Source of the DNA: Bugula neritina
Lineage: Eukaryota; Animalia; Bryozoa
Assembly (NCBI GenBank): GCA_964035545.1
Contig: OZ037767.1
Coordinates: forward strand, 30,396,628 to 30,460,627
Direction: 5' to 3'
Length of the DNA: 64,000 nucleotides
The notes below the pieces were generated by a model that did not search any database, was not told the DNA's origin, and worked only from the letters and a program-made list of their open reading frames with translations. Within the stretch, counting starts at the first letter, position 1, and every line of letters begins with the position of its first letter. Positions 27,239 to 39,532 of the stretch are shown here, one piece after another. The position numbers and the translations under genes were made by a program.

Positions 27239-30200
27239 ATGAAGTTACTCGTACTCACTGCCCTTGTGGCTACATGTAAGTGTACAACTATTCTTTATTA
27301 TTCTTTTATTGTTGAATAATTTTGAGTGCAACTTTTAAAAGATCAGAAAAAATAATTAAAGGGTCACTATTTGTTTATAAAAGCACTATATTTATTTATA
27401 TGTTTCAGTAGATATCTATAGCAAATTATATTGTGTTCAATTATTATTTATTGCATTTGATATTAAATAAAGTTAGATTCTGAATATATAACCTGAATAC
27501 CTAAACTATAAAAGAGTACAGCTAGTTGTTTAGTATAACTATTTATATTCCATTATTTTATATGCATTAAATGATGAGTATAGAATATTTTTCATATAAT
27601 GTAGAATGGAGCAACTCCAAATAATTGTTGTTTAAACACAGGTGCCTGCTGGCCAACATGGGGAACAACTAGCTACAGACCTGCCATCCAATATCAAACT
27701 ACTCACACCAGTAAGTGTAACATTAATCAGTGCTATTTAATTCAATTCATCCTTCTTCACTACAGAAATTCTGCAGTACTAACATAAAGCAAAGTCATTG
27801 CTTATTTTTTTTATAAAATTCATTATCTATACCTACAGAATATGAACCCGGAACCGTCTACGAATACCAATATGAATCTCAAGTAATGACTGGACTTCCA
27901 ACCTTCAGCAAACAATATGCCGGAATCAAGATCAGATGTGACCTGACTCTCACTGTTGGCAGTGCTGATTGGATGACCTTGAAGGTAGTATTTTATGAAA
28001 CTAATGTTTTGTTGTTGCATTATTCTTTTTACTAGTTAGTAATAAAATGTAATGATCATAATCAAAATTCGTTACGTAGATGAATGTTATAATCATATCA
28101 ACCAATTACTAAATTAATAACTGTAGATGAAGAATGTAAGAGTGTACTCATTGAATAATGAGATACAAGAAAGCTACAATCTTCCTCCAACAATGCAACT
28201 TCCTCTCGACAAGTTTGAAGAGTTGCCATCAGATCACAGCAGACTCATCCAAGGAAAACTTCTCCTTCCACTTGAGTTTGAGTGAGTACTCAGTTCATGC
28301 AGGGAGATGTTAAAAAACTAAACATTCATATAGCCTGAATGGTGGCAACACATTATCAATTTCTGTTTCAGATACAAAGACAACAAGGTGGTGAGCATGA
28401 AGGTTGCCGACGAGGAAACCAACTGGTCTATTGACATCAAGAGAGTTGTTCTCTCCATGTTCCAAGTACGACTTCAGTCAAAGACTCCCAGCGTTGATAG
28501 ATTGCTCCAATACAGCGATCTGCCCAGCCAAAACACCACCACTTTCGATGATTTGGAGGCTGGACTGGAAGGATCTTGTTACAGCACCTTCCACACCTAC
28601 GTTGATGAGAAGGACGAGGCCAACACATACAGAGTAAGCTATTAAATAACTTTATAGTATTTGAATCTCATTGTTTACAACTCTATATATAAAATATTAT
28701 TTTGGAAAACAAGAGACCATTTAGATAATTTTGTTGCTTTTGTTTAGGTTGTCAAATTCAGAGACCAAGCCAAATGCGTCAAGCTGAACGCTCTTGACAA
28801 GAACGCTTTCCAACAGCGTCAGAGTAACTGTGACTGCCGTGGAAACATGAACAACGAGGCTTGTCAATGTGCTCCCATCTCTAGCATTCGAAACTCTACC
28901 GAATTTGTAAGTACGCACATGTTTAAATTTTATGAGTAATACTAGAAAATGAAATGTTCTTTGTATATAGATATATAAAAAACATTATGTTAATAACATA
29001 AATATTATATATAATTACAGGTATTCTCTGTCACCAGATGTGATTATGAACTCTCATCAGAAAATGAGAAAGATCTGGTCATCAAGTCTGCTGTTATGTC
29101 AGTTGAACACAAGATGGAAATGCCAAATGCTCCACATAAGTTCCTCCTCACCACATCAAACCAGACTCTCATAATGACAGGAGAGAAACCCGCCCCTTCC
29201 TCACGTTCACAATCAGTAACCATGAAGACTGTGTCTGAACCATGGAGAATGGAGATTCTGAAGAAAGATGAGGAGAAGCTGATGATGACTGAAGCCGAAC
29301 TCCTTCAACAGGTAACTAATCATACCTATTCCAAATGGTTAAAAGCACAATGTATTTCATTTTACAATAAATAAGCAAAATGTTGTATTTTAATCTCAAA
29401 CAATGCTTGTGAAGGATATAACTTAAATTGGTTTTCTTGTAACTATTAAGCTCTCACCTAAGATTCCTTTTGTTCTATTAAAAGCATACAAGAGACTACT
29501 TGGTAATCGAAGATGAACTTAAAGCTTTTAAGTTATTGCTAGAGTATAACTATTTCAAACATGAATTGGAATTCTCAATATTGGAATTAAAACATTTAGT
29601 TTACTGGTGTTCAAAGTGAATTCATTTTGTTTTTGCAATATAAAAAATGAATTTTTAATGCATGAAAATGAAATGTGTTTGTAGACTGAGAAACAACTCC
29701 AAGAGATTGAGGCCGTTGCATCTGTACCAGAGAGATTTGAAGATCACGTCCCACTGTTCCTTCAACTTCAGGCTAACGTAAGACTCTGTACTCGACCTCA
29801 GCTGAATACCATCTACTCCAAGCTGCAGAACAAACCAGCCATGCGTAAACAACTGTAAGATATGAATGTTACATCAGTGGAGTACAGTTTTTGTGTATCT
29901 CAGTTTTTAGTACTGTTATAAACATTTGTTTCTCTACTGTTAGGCAAACCTTCCTCGATGTCTTGAAAACTGCCAACACAACTGAAGCTGACAACATGCT
30001 TATTGAAAAGATTGGAAATGGAGAACTTACTACTGGAAATGCCAGCTTTGTGCTTATCCAGTGGGCTGCTGAGAAAGTCCCAACACTTGAAATGCTAGAA
30101 GAATTTAAGGTTAGCAGATGTGTTCTATACAAATCACTCTCTCAATAACTAAACCCATCATGAAATGTTTTATTTTTTAAAGATATAAGTAAACTGCAAC

Positions 30201-33200
30201 TCTTCTGTTTCAGAAAACAATCTTGCCTAAAGATTTCACTTCTGTCCCATCTCGAAAAATTGTATATCAACATGCCATGCTTTGCTTTGGATCCATGGTT
30301 AGACGATTTATTCACAACGAAGAGATCTTGATTGACCAATGTGTGTATCCCGCTGACAAAGCTTTGCACCAAGCACGCATTGAAGAGTGCCACAAACATG
30401 AGCAGGTAAATTTGGTTTATGAGAAAAAGTTATACTTTAAAATATCAAAAATACAGATACTGTAAAAGAGTATTGATATTTTGACTAGTAATTAATGCCT
30501 ACAACTTTATTTTGCAGTATGTTGAAGGACGTCTTAAAGCTGCCAAGAATGATGAAGAAAAAATCACCTGCTTGAAGACTTTTGCTAATATGGGCAGCAT
30601 TGACAGCCTTGCCAAAGTTATTCGTCCCTACATGGCTAAAACTGAATCTAAGATTGTAAGAATTGAGGCTATCAACTCCTTGATCTACCTCGGAATCCAA
30701 GACCAACTTCAGGTAAATTAGCCTCAATGTAATGATGAAACTTATATTTTAAAGTTCCAAGTTTCTATGTTTGATTATAAACAGAAACACGTATGCGACC
30801 TATCCATACTTCCAGGTTCTGCAAACTCTTATGCCAATCATGATGAACAGAAAAGAGGAGTCCTCAGTCAGAGTTGCTGCTTTTGTTGTTCTGATGAAAT
30901 GCCGATCTAGCACACCACTCATCGAGTTGCAGAAATGTCTGAATGAAGAACCAGATGTTGAATTTAAAACATTCGTTGTTAAATACATGAAAAATTTCCT
31001 AGAAAAGCAAGAACAACAAGATCAAAGACAGTATGTACTTTTTTTCTTGTTTGTGGCTTCTAATGACGGCTGCTAACTACTTTCTTGTAATCTAACTTAC
31101 TTATTTAACTTGACTACTTACCACACAATTTTCCTCAAAATCACTTTCAACTTTTTATTCTATTGAATCTATTTTGTGTTTTAGCCAAATGAGAATTAGA
31201 GAGACTTTGAAATCTGTGCGAGCCTTCCGCATGTCCTACAGAACCTCAGACTGGCAGATGTTGTACGGATGGAACTCTCAAGGAGAGATGACTAAGATTA
31301 GCAGAGTTGAGAGCACCAGCGGACGTATTCCAGAATATGCTTCCTTCAGACACTACACTCAATGGAACAGCCATTACAACCATTTTATTGAGGTATATTT
31401 TATGATCAATTTGCATTCTTTTTAGTTCTTGAATCAAAAAAAGCTAAAAAAATAGGTTTCGCATTCAAAATTGTATTTCGATTGTTACTTAATGTACATT
31501 CTATAGTTTGGTTATCGAGCTGAAGGAATGGAAGAAATTTTCAACCCAAGTTCTCAACACAGCCAACAATCTCTATTGAACCTTTTGAGGAACTCTAAAC
31601 CCAGCTTGACATTCTTCTGGAAGGTTTTGGGACAAGAAGTATCATTCACCCACATTGATTCCACCACATTCCAAGCCTGGATAAGACAGTCCAGTACGCA
31701 ACTTTCTTTAGTAACAAATATATATAGTAACTAAAACTTCTAATTTCACGGAACGTTGTTACATATTTTGAACTCATGGTAGTAACAAATTTTAAATTTT
31801 GTTTTCATGGCATCAGTGTCCTATGTTTTTTACAGTGTCTAACAATGGTGTCTTGGAGATTCCCGTCAAAATGTTTAATACTATGTGGATGCAACCAAGA
31901 AAAATCAGAACTCTGCTACCAAGTGGTGGATATTTGATTCACGAACACACCCCTGTGTTTGTCACTGATGTTGAAGGAACATTTAAAGTCGACCTCCAAA
32001 GTCTTAAACGTCTTCCACATGTCACTTTTGAGTCTAGCAAACCTGTCTGGTATGACATTTATAAATGTTAAATGTAAATACCTCAAACTCGCGTTTTAGC
32101 AGAAAGCGTTTTAGAAAGAACTTACAAAATATGCAAAAACTATAGTTAGATGTACTTGTTTTTTTACTCGGTCTGCTTGTCACTACCAACTGCTTGTAAA
32201 TGTATTTCGAAAATTTAAATGTTTTCAGGATCAGTTTTATGACTCACCAGTCGTACTACATGGACATGGGATTCAGCTACTCTGGTTGCAGATCTTCTGT
32301 AACTGCTAGATCCTACAGCAAGTCACCCGACTCAAACTGCACTTTTGATTGGCAACAAAGCTATCTAGCCTGCAACTGGACAAACCCAGCTGACAATGTG
32401 AGTCTAGATATCTAAATTCATGCAAGCCCTTTGCTAGCTATTGCTCAATGTATACATGAACTTCTTTTAAAAATATTATTTGATTTCATTTAGAAATTCA
32501 ACATTTATGCTGAATGGCTCGCTCGCACTGTTACCTTTGTCCAACCAAAGAGACTCCCTGTTACTGCTGCCCATTTCATGGATACCTGCAAAGAACTCAA
32601 AGTTGATGAATCAGGAAGACAAGAGTTTACCATTGACTTGCCAATCTATAAGAGTATTGAGATGGAAGGAAAGGTCAGAATTAAACTAAACTGTATACCA
32701 AGCTAAACTGTATGATATAAAGCATGCATCTTCTTAGATTGACCAATTAGACTTTTTATGTTTAGCAGAAAACATTTCAATGCTGGTTTTTGGTTGTAGC
32801 TTGAAGGAGAGCTAAACAAGCCAGAGCTTCACCCTGTTGTCTATAAGCAACACCTCAAGCTAAGTCTTAGACCAGGTAATTAGTCTCTACAATTAAAAGT
32901 TGGACCTTATACTGTTTTAATTGCAAGCTTATAGAAAAAAATCATTCCCTATTGTCTACACCATATTTATTTTACCATCACTTTTTGCAGCAATACCCAG
33001 CGTAAAGAAGGTCTGTTCAACATATTCCAGCATTTTCTTCAACTCATCCGACATTGAATACAGGAAGCAGTTTTTGACCCAAGAGCACAAATACCGAACA
33101 AACAAAAACAGCTTCTTCAGCTACCTCTTCAATGATCAAGATTCATTGTCTGAGAAAAGGTATATATAGTAGTGGAAATATTCTACATACTATGGACACA

Positions 33201-35925
33201 GTGTTAACTTTTAGGAAAACATCTTTTACAAAAAAAAACCAACTTCTGTAGCACAGCCTTATGTTTACCTGTAGATCACTGTACATGCCATCTCTGAGTG
33301 CCATGGGACACAACATCTCATGCAGTCTTGCCACTGTTCTTGATAACCGAGTTCTCAACATGTCTGCCAACTGGACTACTTACTACGAGCCCGATCAGCC
33401 ACAATCCAAATCTCTGTGGTGCTTGGAACGTCCACCAATCAAACCTGTAGAAACCGAGTACATGCAACTGGTTAATAAGATCACCAGCACATTTGACTCT
33501 GGAAATGGACAGATTATGCAAACTCATGAAATAAACTGGGGTCCAAAATCACAGCCAGAACATCAAGGACTTACTGTAAGTAATCTAAATGCTCTATTGC
33601 TAATTTATTCAGGCACTTGACTTTGTGTATTGCATTCTGTGAAACATACAGTAATGGTTTTATGTTTTAGGCAACTCTCAAATTTAGACCAGCCTTTAAA
33701 GATAACGTCTGCCACAACATTTCAGTCTATGGTTGTAAAGATGATTATGGAGTTTTCACCCCAATATGGTACAACAACTCCATGCACATTAAAACTAAAA
33801 ATCTTGAATTCCCACCTGATTTTGGACGAAACTTGTCAAGATATTTGATGCAGTACGCCCAATCTGTAATTGTGTACCCCAATGAAGGAAGAAGAAGCTA
33901 CAACAGTGAAGAGACCTTTGATATTGACTTTACTGTTCGACCTACAGAGAGCAAGGTATGTTTCCTTTATTAAAATTTTCATCATTGCATTCAATTTTAT
34001 CTCAACTTATAGAAACACAGGAACTGAATCTTGCATGACTCAAACCTGACTTTATACTTTATACCTCTTAGATTGATGTTATTATGCATGAGCCAAGATA
34101 CACCGGTAACTTCTCAGGAATTCATGCCCCCATGTTCACTAAGCTCCATCAGTTCATCACTGAAAACAGACAACCCAATATGACTCTTCACAAATCCAGA
34201 TCATCTGTTTACTCTCTACCTTCATATGACCACGGAATGCGATACTATGATGTAACCAGAAGACGTAAGTTTTAACACTTTCATCATTTCATACATTTTT
34301 GTTTCTATCTGAAATCTTTAATACCATGAATTGTATCTTTACTTTCTTGTTTTAGATGTATGCAACTATGCTTACCCATCTGTGTTGACTTTTGATCAAA
34401 AACATCTCAGTCTTCCTAAAACATCTTGTGAGGTTGTATTGGCAAGAAACTGCCAGAGTGGAAAAACAAAGTTTGGTGTAACTGTTCAACCATCTCAAGG
34501 TCTTACTGCTCCCAAGGTATCTTTATTTTATTTTCTATATGACTAAGCAATTATCTAGCATGATAGTTGCGCAGTAGAATGTTATTTTTTAAACTCTCAT
34601 ATTATGGATATAATATCATGTTCTTACTGCCAATACTATAGGACATTAGTTTTTTAATCATGTTCTCTAATTAGCATTAATTATAAAAACTGCATCTTTT
34701 GGCTTCCAGTAGAGTCTTAAACTTGTTGCAGATCCTCAAAATAAACATTGGTAGTCGGTGGATTTATGTTGAATCCATGCAAAACAACAGATTCCAAGTA
34801 AAAATCAATGGAACAATCCAACCAATCAGTGAGCTGGTGCATGTACCAATCTGGGATCAGAGGAGACAAGTGGCTCTGGTTGAGTGCCAAGGATCCAGAT
34901 TTGAGCTTTACAGCTACGAACATGGAGCCTATGTTAAGCTTTACAATGGAATACTAACTGTTGAGGTACCATTATAATTTTTTTAACTCGTTAATGAGCT
35001 TAAAAACTATAGTGGTTTTACTATTTTATTATAGTTATTCAGCATATGGACTATAACCATGGAATTTGTTTAGGTTCAAGAAAACCAGAAAGATGAGATC
35101 TGTGGAATCTGCTCACCCGAGACTCAAGTCCCTCCTAAACCTTCCAATAACTTTGCATTGCAAATTGCTCAACAATACGCTGTCAAATCTGGATGCCAAA
35201 TGATCGAACAGCCCGCAAACCAATATTCCAAAGACGGCATTTGCCAAAGAGAACAGAAGTACAGAGTGAGTTTTCAATTACTGCCTCATTCTTTGGAATT
35301 CTTGATTATTGGTTCTATAATGGAATAAATGCAAAGTATTTTGTAGCAGATTAGTTCTGTTGAGTGATTCTCAGATCTATTTCTTGATATACATTTCAGC
35401 ATGTCAGTGATGTAGATGAAGTTGATGGCAGTCTCTACAGTTGTATAACTGCTGAGCGTTACTACGTGTGCAGTGATGCCTGCTCTTACTATACCAGACA
35501 ATTCATCACTGTCCCTGCCAGATGTGTGTCTGACAAGGTTGCCAAGAGAATGAACATTTATCCACAGTGGCAAGGTATGGAAGTAATTGATAACCTTTAG
35601 TTTAAGTAATCACACCTAACAAGTTATAAACATCCATTTGCATCAATTTTTATTCTCTTTGAAAGTTGCACTTGTCGGCACACACTCTCTCTATAGTAAT
35701 AGTTTTGTATTATAATATATGAAACCTTAACTTGCACCATCTTAGTATGTAGTTAGTTATATATAAATAGTATTAAAAGCACGAGATCCACACATTCACT
35801 TACTGTGCCTGTCTTTTGTAGCTGAGGAGCTTGTCTTGGATGATGAGCAAACTGCCCAGAAGATCTACTATGCTGGTTACTCTCGAAATGTACGCATTGC
35901 CGTGCAAGACAGATGCAGCCAGTAA
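27239..35925 (+). CDS. Vtg: Vitellogenin-like large lipid transfer protein, copy A (signal peptide, Vitellogenin_N/LLT, VWD, Cys-rich C-terminus); 27 exons, ~1634 aa
   Basis: Exons 27239-27275, 27642-27710, 27839-27984, 28127-28281, 28372-28633, 28748-28906, 29021-29311, 29685-29854, 29944-30109, 30214-30405, 30518-30712, 30816-31030, 31185-31392, 31507-31693, 31836-32049, 32229-32397, 32494-32673, 32800-32875, 32991-33159, 33275-33575, 33671-33955, 34072-34264, 34356-34516, 34732-34965, 35074-35265, 35400-35574, 35822-35925 total 4905 nt in frame. Motifs: MKLLVLTALVATC; YEPGTVYEYQYESQVMTGLP; WSIDIKRVVLSMFQ; EAGLEGSC; LKTFANMG; EESSVRVAAFVVLM; VWD (VLTFDQKHLSLPKTSCEVVLARNC...ICGIC). AATAAA at 36128. 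Confidence 0.92.
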
Positions 35926-38354
35926 TCTTTAAATTTCAATTAACAACTTTAGCTCTCTTTACCATCACAGCTGCTAAAGTTTAAAATATTTGGTTGATAA
36001 ATGGTTATGAAATGGACTCGCTAATGGACTACCCTTATATTCTACGAAGACCTATTTCATTGTATTTCAATGCGACGGCTTCTAATATTACTTTATGTGC
36101 TTTTAGTTGTAATAGTTTTAAAATGTGAATAAATGAAATGCACCTGCAAATTGCTTCTTTCTCCTTGCCTCTTCTTTCCATTAAAAATATTTTACAATTT
36201 TACAAACACATGTGCATAGCTTCTTGTATTATTGCAGCAAAATGGATTTCATGTATCATTAAAAATATTCCTATGAAGTTGCTTTTGGAAAGCCACAAAA
36301 GTTGTCAATGAAACATAGCATTTACAAATGCATCTAAAATGTACATCACTCTGCATCTGAAAGATACATGGTTCCCCATTTAAGCTTTCAAAACTTTATA
36401 TGCAACCGCTTTAAAAAAGCTCTAGAATTAAAAACATAATAACTCTTAAAAAGAAAAAATAGGAAATTAGTTTTTCTTTTAAATTTTATCAATTTAAAAT
36501 AAATATTTGTAATAACAAATGTTTTAGGTTTTGTAAAACTCAATTTACTGCTTAAAAATACTTGTAAAAAATTATTGCCATTTTTCTTGACTTTCCTGTG
36601 CAGAATTCTGCTTGTGTTGAATTTTTAGTGTATTATTTTGATGTGACTTTACAGTTAAGTTTTTTGTGTAATCCTACATTCCTACAGCAAATCTTTGTTG
36701 TTACCCATGCTAGTTAATGGCACATAATTTGCTGAACTATGCTTGTACTCATTTAGTTTACTAGAGTTGACTCTTGGAAAAAAATTCAGAACTTCAAAAG
36801 CAGGTTTATGATTAATAAAGGGCAAGTAAGAGCACTCTTAAGCCTACGCAGTTAGTAAACCATGCAAGTACATATTAGGTAGCAAATTATGCTGTAAACC
36901 AGCCTATATATATACAAGGCATTTACCAACTTGGTTTTCATGTAGTATATAACATGCATAAATAACTTATATGCAGCATAGATTCCTCACAGAAATATTT
37001 TATAAAACTTGAAGAAAGCTTAGCCATTATTTATAATGTCTATAGATTATTCAGAATCTAAAAGCTATTTCAGTGTTGAAGCTGCTCGCTCCTTCGGAAA
37101 CTAGTATGTCAAATACAGACCTGAATTGTGATTGTCATAGCACAATGTCCAACTCTAACTATACAGCAAATATGGTGACCTCTGAACTTATAAAAATGAA
37201 TGAATTAAAAGGCAGCCAGTTTGAAGTATTACCAAAATCACTAAATAAGAAAGTCACCAAAAAAGAGTGCTCTTTCGACAATTTCATTTGAGCGCAGCTG
37301 TGGTAATTGCAGCAACAACAATTGTATAACATATTCAACAGTTCACAATAATCAGAAATAATCTTGCACTCTGCCATAGTTTTATATTTTACAGTTAAAC
37401 CTGATGCAATATACTAAAAGTTGAACATCCTACCCGCACATTCAACTCAAGTTAGTCTCAATAAAAATTATTTTGTATTTTAGAACAAGTGTACTAAAAA
37501 ATGGTAAACTTGTTGGGGGAAAAACAGCCAAAGTTGTTATAAAAACTTTTTACCTTCCACTCAGAGTATAACATTGTAATTTTGAAATAAATGAGCACTA
37601 CTTATATATTCCATCAGTGGCTCACTTGAGATACCCTTAAATTTTAAGGAAAACAATAATTTAGTATTTTAGTATAACTATATAGAATTACCTTAAGCAA
37701 TGAAAATCAGTAATAATTAGTATCAGTACCTACTATAGTGCTTCGCAAACTGAACATCATCAAGTGAACCCTCATCCTGAATTAATTCAATACATGTATG
37801 CACAACATTTCTTATAAAATCAAATAGTATATATAATATACTTGGCTATATTACCCTAAAGTTTTATTTATAGCTAATAGCCATTTGATATATGTGAATA
37901 ATTGATTACTGCATATATAAATTTACCAATATGTCTAGATTCTTCAAGTGATGCTTTTGCCTGCATTCAAGTCTGTCAGTTAAAGACAAGTTTTGATTTT
38001 TAACTCTCCTACCACTTTTAGTATTCAATAACCAGATACATGAATAACCAGATACATAGATATTGCCACATTTCTAATTAACAACATGTGTTAAAAAAGA
38101 AAAGGTGGAACTTTTATAGAATTTTGTTGGCTAGCATTTTTCGCTAGAATGAGCAACTGTGAGTTAAAAATGTTTTATTGAGTCTGGCCTCCAGCTTTGT
38201 TTCTTTTTTGTGTTTTAACTTTTTTTGTTCTAATGCTATGCCTTCAGGCAGTAAACGCTGACAGTAGATGTAATGCAGTTTTCTTTCTAATACTCGTAGC
38301 AGGTTTGAACCAGCATAGACTTGCTTTGTAATCATCGAGCAATATAGTGCTATC

Positions 38355-38700
38355 TGGTATTATGGTAATAGAGTATTATAGTAAAAGAGTAATATAGTAC
38401 TCAGTTACTAATATAATACCCTGTTACTGTAATGTACCCTATTACCTTAAAATCCTGTTACTATATTATTTTCTTACTATATAGTAATAAAATAATATAG
38501 TAACAGGGTTTTATGGTAATAGGGTATTACAGTAACAGGGTATTATAGTAATAGAGTAATATAGTAATACATACAGTATCATAGTAATAGAGTATTATAA
38601 AAATATGGTATAATATAGTAATGTGATATTATAATAATATGGATATAGGAATAGAGTGCTGTTATAGTACAAGGGTATCACGGCATATAGAGTATTATGG
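38355..38700. repeat. Degenerate TATAGTAA/TTACTATA low-complexity repeat
   Basis: Short units occur in both orientations in the A-B intergenic region. Confidence 0.7.
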
Positions 38701-39532
38701 TTATTATAATTATGAAATACTAATTTTTCCTAAAAAGGTGGCCTAAACTTATCAAGGACCTGCAGTCATATTTAAAACACAAGTTCTACTGCAGATATTG
38801 CATCAGAATGTAAGGAATACCGTAGGTCAATAAAAAATAGGTATAACTTACTAATAGTTGTAATAAGCAGTCGCTACTTAATTTCTGTTATAAAAATATT
38901 TAGCAATTTTTAATTATATGCTACAATGCACTTTGCTAAAATGAAATTGATTATTTATTTATTAAAATTATTACTAAAATTGACTTTAACTTCATTTGCA
39001 ACATAATTTCTTCATTTCAAAGAACATTTAAATGTTGTAAAATTTTGCGTGAGACTTATAGCCACGATGCAACAGCAGAGCTTTTAGAAGTATGATTATG
39101 ATATTATGACATTATAAATCAGCAGCAAAATTGATGCCATCTTTAAATACACGATATATCTCTTAAACAACTAGTTAAATAACTGGATGCTTTCATAACT
39201 GATAAGTAGTATTGCAGAATAGTGTTGAACTGTAGTATTACTGCGCTAAACATGGTATTTCTCGTGACTAAATTATGAGAAAAAGTGCAAACAGCAAAAC
39301 TGCTCAAAGATACATAAGACGGTCATAGTTTATGCTGACGTGTTTATTTAGTCAAATTCTAAAGAGCTAATATTAACTCTGCATAGTATTTATAATAAAT
39401 CAAGTTAGGACATGAAATTCATATTTCGAGTAAAATGCATTTAAAAGCAAATTCATAGTCTATTAACGAGTCCATTTTGTGATTATATTTCATGTAACAA
39501 AGCGTGTAAACTAGTCAGTTGAAATCTGAAGA

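Noticed and set aside
37073-37377. Overlapping 72-aa ORFs in the A-B intergenic region
   Set aside because: No recognisable motif or splice context; expected by chance, or a decayed repeat.
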